A model generated the notes under the pieces. The model did not search any database, was not told the origin of the DNA, and saw nothing but the letters and a program-made list of their open reading frames with translations. A DNA stretch of 63,206 bases, filler included, from Reticulomyxa filosa (taxonomy: Eukaryota; Protista; Foraminifera), in NCBI GenBank assembly GCA_000512085.1. It is 9 parts of 9 records of this genome, joined end to end, with 100 filler letters (N's around TTAATTAATTAA, not from the genome) between each part and the next. Parts side by side here need not be neighbours in the genome. Positions count along the whole stretch, not along the records: positions 12,188 to 14,208 come from ASPP01004375.1; positions 14,309 to 28,185 come from ASPP01021550.1; 7 more parts are not named here. One strand, 5' to 3'. Position 1 is the stretch's first letter. Each line of letters opens with the position of its first letter. Made by a program: the position numbers and the translations under genes. Shown one piece after another: positions 12,188 through 25,269 of this stretch.

Positions 12188-12592
12188 TTTTTTTGTACCA
12201 CAAAAACTTTTGAAAATGATGTTAACATTTTAGTCAAAGTCTTCTCTGTAAAAAACAACTAGGACTCGAATTTTAACTTTGGTATGTTAAGTTTGACAAA
12301 GATTATTTGCTGCACTTTCCAAAAGTTCAGTTTATGTGATATTTGGCTCAATGCACATTTGGACTGCTCAAAAACACAAATCACTTCGTTTCTTGTTTTT
12401 TATTTTTGCTAAATTAATCAAGAAAAAAAAAAAATTAATTTTTTTCTGCAATGACAACGAGTTGTTTTAATTAACTAGTTTTTTTTTTAAATCACCTGGG
12501 AAACACTTTTGGAAAAAACAGAAGAAAGCAATTAAAAACAATAAATAAATACAATTGAAAGCAATAAATATATCATTTCAACAACTTTTTTT
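12188..12592 (+). repeat. Roughly 400-bp dispersed/tandem repeat, copy 1
   Basis: Shares blocks with copy 2: tttgtaccacaaa, tcgaatttt, cacatttggactgctcaaaaaca, cctgggaaacactttt, aataaatacaatt..aaagcaata. Confidence 0.85.
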
Positions 12593-13619
12593 ATGATTGA
12601 CCAAACGAACAATTTTTGATAAAATAACAGCGAAAATCGAAGTTTTCGTTCACTTCTTTTGTTTGATATTGAGATGGCCCCCTTTGGGTAATGCTCGAAA
12701 TGACTTTTGACTGAAATTTTGAGACCTCAGCACAGAAATCAAAGGATATAAACGTAGTGGATGTTCGTGCTTTTGGATATGAAAGAATCTTTGAAAGTTC
12801 TTTGATTGAAACATATCTGTCTGTTATTAAACGTCTGGCAAGTTGGAAGAGATCAAAGCAGAAAAGAAAGAAATTTCCCAAAATGTGAGCAATCGAAGAA
12901 TGAAGAATTACAAGAGTTTTTGTGATTCGTACAAACTACGCACGCAGCCACGATGGATCAAATTCAATATAAAAACAGTCAAATGGAAAAAAAGAATGTA
13001 ATTGAACCATGGTCACTCAAATGTATCCATCGCAATGGTTTTGGACATATCCAAGCATATAAAAAAAAAAGTGTATTGAATGGGGATGTTTTATTTTTTT
13101 CATGCAGAAATTGAAAATCTGGTGAAGAAAAAGTTCAGTTTCAAGTTTTTTAATATTTTCTTTCTTTGAGCTTGTGCACAATGGCACTTTATCAAAATAT
13201 TTGCAAATTCATGTCGCAAGTTGTTAAGATGAACACTTACTTCAATGCAAATAAATTGCCCATATCAATTGTTTCCATTCTTTCTTCAACTTATAGTAAT
13301 TCACCAATGTAAGATTTTCTCTTTTGATTTTGAATAAATTTTTTTATTTCATATGTTACTTCGATAGAAGGAAAGAAATTGAAGAATTAAAATTTGAAAC
13401 GCGCAAATCTTACATGAATGCTTTCACATTAACGAAATCATTAAATCAATTGATGTGTAGAGAAAAAATTAAGTATAGGCCAATCAATTTGTCAAATTGC
13501 TTTAATAGCAATATTAATAAAATTTGATAATGTATTTTTTGTTATTGCATTTCTTCATTTTCTTCAATCCGATAACAATTTTAATTCTTCAAAATCTGAT
13601 ACACGACTTTTGCTGTTTT

Positions 13620-13840
13620 ATAGTACTTGCAGAAGCATGTATTCGTTTGATTTTTCTATATTCTCTAACAGAACAATTTGACAAATCAATTGAATATCTC
13701 GAAATATCAATCAATATTTTTAAAAAAAGTACTTGGAACAACTTCTACTCTGAGATTTTCACAAGTTTGGAAGAGCCATGGAGAACAGGAAGTAAAGTGT
13801 CAAAAGATTGGGATAAAGAAAAAAGTAAAGAAAAATCGCT
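13620..13840 (+). pseudogene. Decayed TPR-like fragment
   Basis: EQFDKSIEYLEISINIFKK resembles a TPR helix B (YDKAIEYYEKAL pattern). No intact gene model. Confidence 0.35.
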
Positions 13841-13844
13841 CTTC

Positions 13845-14205
13845 TTTGTACCACAAACTTTCAAATTGATGTTACTGGATAAAATGTTTCAGTCAACGCC
13901 CTCTTTGTAAACGACAATTACGAGTCGAATTTTGACAAAGTTCAGGGTTACATGATATTTTGCTCAACACACATTTGGACTGCTCAAAAACATAAATCTT
14001 ATTTTTGATTTGTTATTAAATAATAAAGAAATTACAAAAATTTGATTTTTTTTTAAACGACAATAAGTTATTTTAATTAGCTAGTTTTTTTTGTAAATCC
14101 CCTGGGAAACACTTTTAAGAAAAATATAGAAAAACAATAAAAAAATAATCAATAAATACAATTAAAAGCAATATATATATCATTTTTACAATTTTTTTTT
14201 TTGTA
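13845..14205 (+). repeat. Roughly 360-bp repeat, copy 2 (direct orientation)
   Basis: Same conserved blocks in the same order as 12188-12592, with indels. Confidence 0.85.
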
Positions 14206-14208
14206 ATT

Positions 14209-14308
14209 NNNNNNNNNNNNNNNNNNNNNNNNNNNNNNNNNNNNNNNNNNNNTTAATTAATTAANNNNNNNNNNNNNNNNNNNNNNNNNNNNNNNNNNNN
14301 NNNNNNNN
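14209..14308. other. Artificial contig linker
   Basis: N44-TTAATTAATTAA-N44. Confidence 0.99.
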
Positions 14309-14315
14309 TTTTTCC

Positions 14316-14352
<37 letters not shown>

Positions 14353-14640
14353 TACATTAAGTCTTAAAAACTCCCAAATGTGGTGAGGACAAGTGTTATG
14401 ATCCAAATGCCACTGAGCCAATCGGATCAAAGACCCGCAATGCACGTGAACAGTGGTGTCACCATTGCGAATACAATTTTCCAAAATGGATTTCACCAAA
14501 TCCGGATTGCTCGACTGTTCTTGCAAAAATTGAGATAGCATAAATAACGCATTTCCAACACATTTGTTATCATTCAAATTCTGCGCTCTTTCGATTGACT
14601 CGCTTAATTGCTTTTTATTTATTTATTCACTCATTTTATA

Positions 14641-14679
<39 letters not shown>

Positions 14680-16286
14680 GTGTATATAACACATGAACAC
14701 ATGACGTGCAAACTGTTTGTTGACGCCAAAACTTGTAAAGCCAATTCCGAATGTCCAAAGTGATAGTAAAACATTGCTCTTGCCAACAGTGCGTATTGGA
14801 GTTTTTTTCCTTTCTCTTGTATGAATTCAATTGCTTGTGGCGTGTTGGACGACGGATGATTGACAAAGGCTACCCACTCGCTGTCGAACGACGACGAGCA
14901 GTAGTCAAAGTATTGGTGCAAACAAGATAACGTTTTCAGGTACTCGCCTGCATACAAATTACGGTTGTAATTGTAGTAGTGCACACTACTCAAATCCGGA
15001 AATATTTGTGACAGCTCATCCAAACACCAAGCCACTCCTTCCTTCCATTTTTCGCTTTCATTCGATAACGATGAAAAATTGTCTGCTAATTCATACACCA
15101 ACGGATCTGCTTCATACACATTCCGAAACCCATCCATCATTGCTTCTTTCGCTTTTTCTTTTTCCTTGTTTTTTTCCTTCTTTTCAAATATCTCTTTTTC
15201 ATTATCGTTTTGCGATGTTTCACGATATTGTTTGATTCTCTATTTCACGTGCCAATATCAACATTTTTGATTGGTTGTACAAACAACTCCTTTTTTTTTT
15301 TGTCGTGTTTGTGAAACAAAAATTTGCTGACGCAGACAATTCGAAAAAAAAAAAACACATCAGTTGCAATAACTTGAATCAAATGTTGCAAACTTTCGAA
15401 TGGCGTTTCATTATATGTCAACAGCAACTTTCGCATGAATATCCCAAAGATACTTGACGGACCCTGGCGTCATTTTTTTTTTTTTTTTCATTTGTTGCAC
15501 TTTCTGATTTGGCACGAATGTAACACATCGGCCAAAACCTCAAAAAAAATAAATTTTTTTTTTTTTTTGAGCGAAAGGAAATGGAAGAAACCAGGGAGGA
15601 GGAAGAGAAAAAAAAAGTAATTATGTAAACAACTGACAAGAGGAGACACGTGATCGATGGATTCGAGTGGACATAATTTTTGGAAATTGTCAAATAATTG
15701 AAATATGTCACATTCTTCATTGACGTCATTCAACTGTTATTTTGTTTCCAATTACATATATATATATGTTAATATATACATGCGTATGTGTTTAATTGGA
15801 AACAACGGAGCAATCGATTCATCAATTCAAATTACACACAACACACACTTTATCTGTAATGAATTGCGTGCATGACTGGACAATCTTTTCCGACGAAATA
15901 CGCTCTTGCAATAGGCGCATCAATGTGTTGAGTGACGGCTCCGTTATATCTTTCACACACTTATTCAGTGATCCAAGCAAAACAAACCAAAAACAAAATC
16001 CAAAATTTGGTTTTATCTTTAATCAATTCCCTCTTCATGAAAACACAAGCGCTGATTGAAGATCATGCCTCTATGTTATCAAACAAGAATGTATGCAAAG
16101 GTGCCAAGTCCGTGCTGGGTGCAAAAGGGTCGAATTTTTCGCTCCTCCTTCTGCTTTGTCAGCCTGGCCGTTAGACACATAAAACTCTATTAACAATGCC
16201 AACAAAAGATTATAGCCAGACAATTTGGTGAGGTGTGGGTGATCACCCATTGATCCAAATAAATCGCAGTCAGTAAAAATAACCAT
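14309..16286 (-). CDS. ANAPC5: Anaphase-promoting complex subunit 5, multi-exon, 3'-truncated
   Basis: Apc5 motif HYYNYNRNLYAGEYLKTLSCLHQYFDY..LQYALLARAMFYYHFGHSELALQ|..LSESIERAQNLNDNKCVGNAL. N-terminal segment LSGYNLLLALLIEFY. Confidence 0.82.
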
Positions 16287-18248
16287 TTTTTATTGTTAAT
16301 GACTGAGTTTTTTGTGTTTTGCTTTTCGTTTGTCTACACGGACGTGTTTGGTATGTTTTTTTGGTTAGATTTAGCCTATACAGCTTAGTTTTGTCTTTGT
16401 GGTAAAATTTATTTGCTTTTTTTATATGAATAAGTAAGATTTTTTCTTTGAATATTTATTTTTTTGAAAAACTGAAAACGTATAAATATACAACCGATCG
16501 TGGTGTATAAAAGTCTCGAAGACTGAATAACACAATAAGCTGGATAGCATAAGGTGCATACCGCATGTGACCAGAGTGTGATATCGAACTAATACGTCTA
16601 ATGGATGGTAAGAGGCTACTGAAAGAGCGACTGACAGATGATGGTGCAGCAAGTAGTCATTGAAAGAATGAAGTTAGAAAATGGACACATTATCTGAGAA
16701 ATTTATAATGCATGATCACTCGCTAAACAACATCGCGCAATCAAAAGTATATATAATGATTTACCACAATATGCACGAGTATCATACGAATTTACCGATT
16801 CATCGTTATAAAGTTTGTGGTGATTTTGGATTAGAGTATGCATTGATTAGATGCATAAACTTAAACAAAAGTACTTTAAAAAAAAAAAATTATTCTACAG
16901 TTGCTTTGAAAAATTTCACTTACTTTTGTGAAAGATGTTTCTTCGGCAATCCAGGAATGAAAAAATTTTTTTGACAAGCTTTGAAAAAAAGAAAATAAAC
17001 TAATTATGCTACATAAAAAAATTTAAAAAATGTAACTACGGTCCCCCTTGCAACAACTTCTTTTGTTGGTAAAACAACTTAATAACGCAACAGCTATCTT
17101 ATTGACTTGCATTTAATAAAAAAAGTTTATTTTTAAAAATATGTTAAAAAATTAAAAATGACCTACATTCAAAAAATAAACCACGATAAATAACTTTACT
17201 TAATAGAAACAGCTTCAAATTGTAAAAAATTTAATGCGAGTCTTTTTCCAATTTAATCCGCTTACAGTATGTACATACATATCAAAACTTCTTCAACACT
17301 AACTATGTACAGTTCGTTAAAGTGGGTACAACGGCAAATCGAACAAACACTTTTTAAAATATCCAACACAAAAATTGCTTTTAAAAAAACTGGTGCTGAC
17401 AGTGGTGGTACGAATAAAATGAGCCAAGATAGACCATTTTTTTGCTGATGAAATTGTAAAAACCCACTATCGTCACAGTAGTCAGTTGGCTCTGTGTAAA
17501 CAAATGTATTTTGTCCCTGTAAACTTGGCACAAAATTCGTCAACAAAACTTTGCTCCCTTTCTCGTAACTAAGAATTTCCACTTGTTCTATGCTCATAAA
17601 ATACAATCAATGTGCCAAAGAGGTTAAGTTCTTGTGCTCTAGTCGAAAAAAATGCTACCCCATAGCATTGTGTTTTTACCATTTTTTTTTTGCAAACTGC
17701 ATACTTATTAAAATATTTTTGAAATGGCAGGCATTATGCCACAATACTTATCAATTCTTTATTTTATCTCTTGTTGAATGATATACAAATTTTCTGGATC
17801 GCACAAAAGCGGTTACTCCATTTCACGGGGATTCATCCCGATTAATGGACAATATCGAGCGAATGCCAATTTTGTCAAATGCACAACAAGGAATTGCAAG
17901 CAAACAAGAGATTCACAATAAAAAAAAAGAAAATACAAGTTCAGTGACTGAAAAACGTATTCATCTCTGCATATAAGAAAGAAATGAGATTGTTGGCAAT
18001 AAAAAATACAAAGAAAACGGAAAAATCCCACAGAAGCAAAACAAACGAACAAAAAAATACAAGCAAAACAAAAAGAGAATTTCACCTGAACAGGAGCCAG
18101 GAGAGAAAAAAAGTAAAGTAAAAAGAAAAAAATTTCTCTTTGTTACTTGCATTTACTCATCAACGCAAAAACAGCAGAAAACAAACAAACAAACAAAAAA
18201 CAAAGAAAAAAAAAGTATATGTTGACATTTAAAGACGGAGCCCTTGAC

Positions 18249-21200
18249 TCATAAGATATTTGAGGATGTCTTTGGTTTATGAAAATATTGAGCATGACCA
18301 GAAATCATTTGACTCAAATCGACATTTTCAATTCCAACGACATTTGCAATCGGTTCCAACCCGCAAACTTTGTGTGTCATATCGTTGGTTCGATACACAA
18401 ATTTCAAAACCCAATCACTTTGAGAATAGCAATTAATAATTCGGTCTGCAACGATATGTGACCGAATCCACTTCCATTTTTTTTCATCTGCAGTACAAGG
18501 TGCTCCAATTAAAATAACATTTTCAATCATCCCACAAATCATGTCCATTGTGTAAGTGCCATTATTTTTTGTTTGATTTGCATTTGAATTTTGGCTTTCC
18601 TTTTTTTTTTCCTTTTCTTCTTCGGTTTGATTTTGAATTGAATTGGAATTTTCCAAAGTTGATGTGTTTTCACCATTAGCCGATTGGTTAGGAATAACAC
18701 CAAATCCAAAACGATTCATTAATGACAAATTTGACAATTGCAAATAATCACTGACACTTTTTTTTGCAGTTTCAATGGATGAGGCTGTTGTATTTTTTTT
18801 TTCTTCTTTGGAGTCAGTGCATTGCCACAAATGCCGCACCAATTCCAACAGACAATAAAATATAACACGCCCTCCCAAAGACCATCCTATCAATGTGATT
18901 GGCCTTCGGCCATGATCTCCATTTATTATACTTTCTGCCAGTACTTTGCCTGCTTGCTTGGCTTTCGCGGATGCCATTGACCATGGACTAACTTGTCATT
19001 GACACATGTGCGCCGCATTTGTCATTTTTTTTTTTTTTTTTTTTTGTCAAACAAAGGTAAGTTGTTGTTATTATGTAGAAAATATATAAAACAAAAAAAA
19101 AAAGTATATATCACAACATGGTCGCAAAAATCGTTTTCAACAAGAAAACGGTGATAATGCTAGTAATAAATAGACAAAACTTATCGATAATGTCAGCCGC
19201 AGCCAACAAGGTGGCAGGCCAAGATAACGCACTTACAAGTGTCCCTAAGGCAGTATATCCAAGACCAACCGATCCGGATGTCCAAAGTGTCCCTGTTATC
19301 GCTTTTTGCTTTGCAAAGCCTTTAATTCCATTCCCTTTTTTAAATTTTTTTCCATTATTATTTATGTAATTTTTTTTTTTTTTTTTTTGGAAAAGGGGTA
19401 CAATATTCTTTTTTTTAAAAAAAAAAAAAAAGTAAACCTAAAGCATAAAGAGATTTAGAATCCCATAACAAGCAATAACAATCACTTCGCCACATGACTT
19501 TCATAATGCTTCCTAAAATGTCCTCCCAGTACTCATATAACAATTGTTCTGCACTTGTAGAGTCATTGCTCTTCTTCTTCTTTTTTTTTATTATTTTCTT
19601 CTTGTTTGTGTCTTTGTTCTCATTACTTTCAATGTCTTTCTTCGACATGTCCTTGCACTTTTCGATTTTGTTGTGCTTTTATATGCTTGTGTACTGGCAT
19701 TGCTCTTGCTTTCTTTCGCATCTGCATTTTGATTATCATCATTATCATTGTGATTGCCGTCATTGTCGTTGTCATTATCACCATCACTATCACTGTCGCT
19801 ACTATCTTCGGTTTGCTCCATCCATCCCGGTATAGTGATGACCACGCTCAGTCCACGATACCTTTTCTTTGGCAGTGTATTGGCGCTTTTTTGTTGAGTC
19901 GAGTCTTTTTCGACAAGTGCTTGGTTGCTTGTGCTTGTCTTTGTGTGGGCATCCACACTACTGTGATCATTACTAATGGTGGTGATGACACTATTATTAT
20001 TATTATTATTATTATTATTACTGTTATTATTGCGATTGTTGCTGACGTCAGCAGTATTGCCGGCATCATAGTCGTGATCGTCGTCAGGGTCATCAGAGCA
20101 GTGTTGATGATAGTGGATGGAAGGGGTGACCATGGGCACGAGTTCAAACTCTTCAAGATCTCCCAGCACCTTTTTCATCTTGTAGCCAGTGTAGGAGGCG
20201 CCAGTGACTCCAAAGATCACCGTCAGTGTGGTGGTGCCGACGGAGGTTAATAAGAAAGTGCCGGTGGCTGTCAAGCCAATGGCACCAACGCCTAGACAAG
20301 AGTGTATGTGTGACCCCAATCAACAAACAAAAGCATTACTCCAAAAGAAAGAGCAAGATAAACAAAAGTATTTGTATATATTTATATATTACATAAATAT
20401 ATGTATGTATGCGTCCAAACCAGCAGCAATGGCAGGTGCAGCCAAACCTCCACTCAAAGCAATCAAACTTCCTCCAAACAAGCCAACACCAGCAATTTTG
20501 CCCCATTTGGTCCAGTCGACGACGGGTTGTTTCTGGGCGGCGTGTGTCTCCACAGCGTGTGTGGCATACGACTTTTCCTTGGACACCAAAATGTCCGTGA
20601 GCAGCATGCTGTACGTATATTCGTAGATGATAAACTCGCAGGTCCATTCGACGGGTACGTATCCCATCAGATACTTGAGGAAGCCCCGCACGCGACTATG
20701 GTAATAGCCGTAGCTGCTGATGCTGAACCCAACCAGCAACAGAGGGATGCGGATCCATTGCAGTCTCGTCTTCCATTCCAATGTCTCCATGAATGGCGTC
20801 GGGTCGATATAACTTGGGTGCGACAGATACAACAGCAGTCCGTCCAACAATGAGCTATCATTGTGTTCTACTCCTCCCGAGTTTATCTTCAAATATTTCC
20901 AAAACGACTTCAGAAAGCGTTCCGACCACATGTAATCCATTGACGTTTCGCGGCTGCAATTGTGTCCCTTCTTTTTCACGGGATAATACATTTTTATTTG
21001 AAACGTTTTGCTTCCATTGCTATTGCTATGGTTATTATTATTGTTATTATTATTATTATTATCATTGTTACTATTGTTGTTATGGTCGAAATTTGATGAC
21101 GCTGAAAACGATACTGTATTTGGGGTTGCTTCATCACCATCGTTGCTGTAATCGTATCGTTTTACACTTTTTGGAATTTGCTTTTTATTACTCTGCTGTC

Positions 21201-21609
21201 TCTTGGAGGAAAACGAGGGAGACGAAGAAGAGGGCAGGAATGCTGTATTGACTGATGGCTGTTGATATGCACCGATCGCCTTTGGATAGTTTTTGCTTGT
21301 TGGTGTATCCTCTTGCAAAGCCAACTGATGACGATGGATATGATTGGCTGCGATGCATGCCATCATCTGCATTATGCAAATCTTCTCCTTACGCGTCAAT
21401 GTCGAGGGATCCATCAACTGATTCAATTCGTGCCATTTGCCATTCTCTTGCTTCTGCTTTCGGCTGCTTTGCTCGTCTTCTCCGCTTCCTCTTCCTTCTT
21501 TTTCTTCTTGTCGCGTTTCCGAGGTACGATGTAAATCCGGATTGGACTGCGAACTTTCCGCTTTTGGTTTTACTTCATCACGGCTTCGGAAAAATGAAAA
21601 ATGTGACAT
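18249..21609 (-). CDS. TMCO4 / DUF726 family alpha/beta-hydrolase-fold membrane protein, multi-exon
   Basis: WGKIAGVGLFGGSLIALSGGLAAPAIAAG, FGVTGASYTGYKM, GRRPITLIGWSLGGRVIFYCL (GxSxG), VILIGAP, RIINCYSQSDWVLKFVYR. Low-complexity insertions. Confidence 0.88.
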
Positions 21610-22196
21610 TAGATTCTATTCGAAACAATATATTTCTTATTTGCCTTTGACGTGAAGCCTCTTTTTTTGTTGTCTTTTTCTCCCTTTCACTCTTTTTCTT
21701 GTCAACAGGCCCGAATCCAATAAAATGCTAAGGTGATGTGGGACACACGTAGTTTTGGAAGAAAAAAGCAAAGTAAAACACCGTGCTGGAAATAAATATT
21801 AAACACTGAAAAGAAAGTAGTGACGGGATCTTACGATCGAAATGGATTATGTCCAAATAGTGTTATGTGATCAATAGTTTACTCTTTGCTTCACTTTTTT
21901 TTCCGCAAAATGAGACGTCATACAAGAAGTAAAAACAAAAAAATAACGGATACACAAAGGGTTTTTTCCTGATACCTCCGTTTTAACTTGTCCGATCTAA
22001 CGCATCCTTAATCGGAGGTTTGTGAAATATGAAAAAATCATTCGCTCTGTTTATCAATCTCTTGGAAATAATATCTGGAAAAAATAAATAAAAATAACAA
22101 GCAAAAAAGCCTGCGTTCGAATCAAAGGAAAAAAAAAATACAAAACACAAAAAAATAAAAAAGAAAGAAAAAAAATAAAAAACCCAACGTATTGAA

Positions 22197-23795
22197 ATGG
22201 CAAAAAAAGCGGAAAAAAAAAAAATTTTTATGAGATATTGGGAGTATCCCGAGATGCAACTGAGCAGGAAATCAAAAAAGCGTATCGCAAACTCGCACTG
22301 CAATACCATCCGGATAGAAACCCTGACAATATCGAAGAATCGACGGAAAAGTTCAAAGAGATATCCGAAGTTAAGTAATGTCTTTAGCATTTTGTCAATA
22401 ATAAAAAGTGCGAAACTGTTAAAAAAAAGAATCGCAATGTGTGTGTATGTGTGTGATTGATTGGTTTTGTATGTGAAAACAATGTACTGTTAAATGATGG
22501 CGAACATGACCGTGACATGAAAGGCGTATGAGGTATTGAGCGATTCACGAAAGAGACAGATATATAACAATGGTGGCTATGAAAAGCTGAATGAGCGATT
22601 TGATGAGCATGAATTTCGACATATGGATCCTTTTGATCTGTTTAATGAACTTTTTAGCGCGTTTGCGGAAGACCCTTTTTTTGCGATTTTTGCGCACGGA
22701 TTCCCTCATAGCCACGCTCGCCACCAGCATCGACAGCAATCCTCCAGTCACCAAACATTTATGGATCCATTTGGATTTGGCTTTTCATCACCTTTGCTTG
22801 GAAACACGGTATTCGGGTCGCCATTTGGGGGAGGCTTTGGCCGTCTTGGAGGCGTTATCCACAGCAGCGGTGGCAGCAATATCTTTACCTTGAATCAAAG
22901 CGACGGTGGAATGGGACGCTCGGAGAGAATTACTGTTATGAGTAGCAGCGGAGGGCTGGGCATGGGCAATGTCATGTCTTCGACAACCACCACCCAAGTC
23001 CATAATGGTCGCAAGATTACCACCAAAACAACCTCGGTTAATGGACAAACAGTTGTCGAAAAGTATGAAAACGGCCAATTGACCCACAAAATGATCAATG
23101 GCGTGGAACAAAATGCGCCGCGGATCGAATATTCCACCTTGTCGTATCACAAGACTTCGACAACCAGTCCTCATCATCATTTGCATTCCCAACATCTACA
23201 TCAGCAACAGCCCCAAAATCCATATCAATATCAATCGCAGTCACAATATCAGCATCAGTATCAACATCAACAGCAACATCAACAGCAACATCAACAGCAA
23301 CACCAACAGCATCAACACCAACAGCATCAACACCAACATCATCAACACCAACATCAACAGTACCATTCATATGGAGATGGCACCAAAGTCCAAGAGAAAA
23401 GTAGAGATGAGGAAGAAGATGAAGGTGAAGATGAAGATACAAATGGATATGAATGTGAGGACGAAGGTGAAGATGAAAATCAAGGCGAAGAGGAGGGGGA
23501 GGAAGAGGATCATTATGATCATCGGCGCCACTTCCAACATCAATATCACTCGAATCAATCTTTTCAAACGCAACATCATTCAAAGGATTTTTACCAACAC
23601 CAACAATCTCGTGACTCAAATAATGAAAATAAAGAGAAAAACAAGAAAGAAAAACATCACAGTAATACCAATTCAAACCATTTTTCTCCATATACTCGCT
23701 TTCAACAACCGGAAAATACCGATTCTTACCGCGATCCTACGTGGCGACCGCACAGCCACACCAAAAACAATTCTTTTGCAAAAAAAAAAGAATAA
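22197..23795 (+). CDS. DNAJB6: DnaJ class B chaperone, DNAJB6/B8-like, 2 exons
   Basis: J-domain [41 protein letters not shown]|AYEVLSD (intron 22370-22523), then a G/F-rich region and the [45 protein letters not shown]. One frameshift in the poly-A run at about 22213-22224 is likely a homopolymer error. Confidence 0.88.
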
Positions 23796-24505
23796 GAGGA
23801 AAAACAGACATAAAAAAGAAGTAAAGCCACTACCATATCACTTACTCGCTTTACCTTTTATTGTCTTTTCTTAGGGCTGGTCTTCATTGTTTTTTTAAAT
23901 GAAAAAAATACATTTTCGTGCCCTTTCGCAGAGAATTCAAAACATCTTTTGGTTAGTGTAGTTTATTCCCGTGGAACGATTGTTTGACAAAAACCCTTTT
24001 TTGCTATTTAACTGAAACATGAAATCCAATATTTTTTGTTTTAGTTATAATTTGTGAAAGAGTCACAATGACAGTAAAACATTCTTACTCGATGCAATAT
24101 ATTCAAAACAAAAAAGACAACTGTACTACTCCCGACCATAAAATAACAAGCGATAATAGTAAAGAGATAGATTTTACTCATTTTTGACCTATTTACTTTT
24201 AATACGTGTTTTTGTGGATTGATAAATCCTACACAAATTTGCTCTTCATGGAGGGATTGCATCTTTAAGTCGATCGCCAGAATGTTTTTGTTTGTTTTCA
24301 TTTAAAAGATGAGAGAAGACGTTAAAAAAATCTTCCGAATTTTTTTGCTTTCTGTGTATTTATCCCCAATCCAAACATTTTTTTTCTTTTTCATGATGAG
24401 CCATAATAGAAAAAGGAAGAAAAGAGAGAAACACACAACAACAATGTTTGATCCATTACAAATTTGGTGAGGGCAACGCATGTGTTGAATTATCCTTTTC
24501 GGTCA

Positions 24506-25235
24506 CTACCATCTAAACCTATTTTGAGGCTTTTCTTGACAAACTTTGGTGACGAGTGTCAACACTTCTTGTAACAGAGTAGGATTACGATCTCCCAATT
24601 CTTTAAACCCGTCGGTCTGAGAAAGTTTCTGAAAATTGGCACACACATAGTTCAAGGAGACTTTTTTGAGATGTGTCGCATTGTACATATGTGCGGCAGT
24701 GAGCACTTGAATTGCATTGTCTGTAGTGACTAAACAGGAGCAAGTTCATCCACACCACAAACAAAACCCACACGTATACGTCATACATATATGTGTCAGA
24801 GAAAACAGAAACACACAAAACATATAAACATATATATGCATATATGTTTATATGTATACAAAATAGCAAAGAAGAGAAATCAAAACTTAGTTTATGCAAA
24901 ACGTATTCAGTGTGTTCTTTTAAATCAGTAATAGCATATTTGTCGGCGAGAAACAAGACAGACAAGCCGATATGAAAATTTTTATTAATGGGCTCTTTCA
25001 ACAAGGCACCGCAATACAAATAGTGTAACATTAGGCGAACCGATTCGGGATTCGCATCTTCGATGCGAATTTCACTATTTAGATTCTCACACATTTGTGT
25101 TTTGAACATTGCTTGGAATACTGGAGACGAGACCATCAATATTGCTCGATGAGCTCCAAATTGTTTTTCTTCCGTGTCATTGTAACAACATACAAAGGTG
25201 CAATCAGTTCCTATTTCTTCTTCCCACATCTAAGG

Positions 25236-25269
<34 letters not shown>

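Noticed and set aside
14636-14700. YIYIYI/ICIY-type peptides in many ORFs
   Set aside because: These are translations of intronic (TA)n/(TATG)n microsatellites, not protein.
16422-17781. Short ORFs between APC5 and TMCO4, and at 43024-43410
   Set aside because: No motifs, no coherent exon chain, and AT-rich intergenic composition.
22213-22228. Programmed frameshift at the DnaJ start (A-run then T-run)
   Set aside because: It lies in a long homopolymer, and similar slips occur in other genes, consistent with homopolymer sequencing error.
19494-23874. Long antisense or alternate-frame ORFs (19606-20250, 23095-23691, 23098-23874; also 53232-53714)
   Set aside because: Shadow ORFs produced by trinucleotide low-complexity coding repeats on the true strand.
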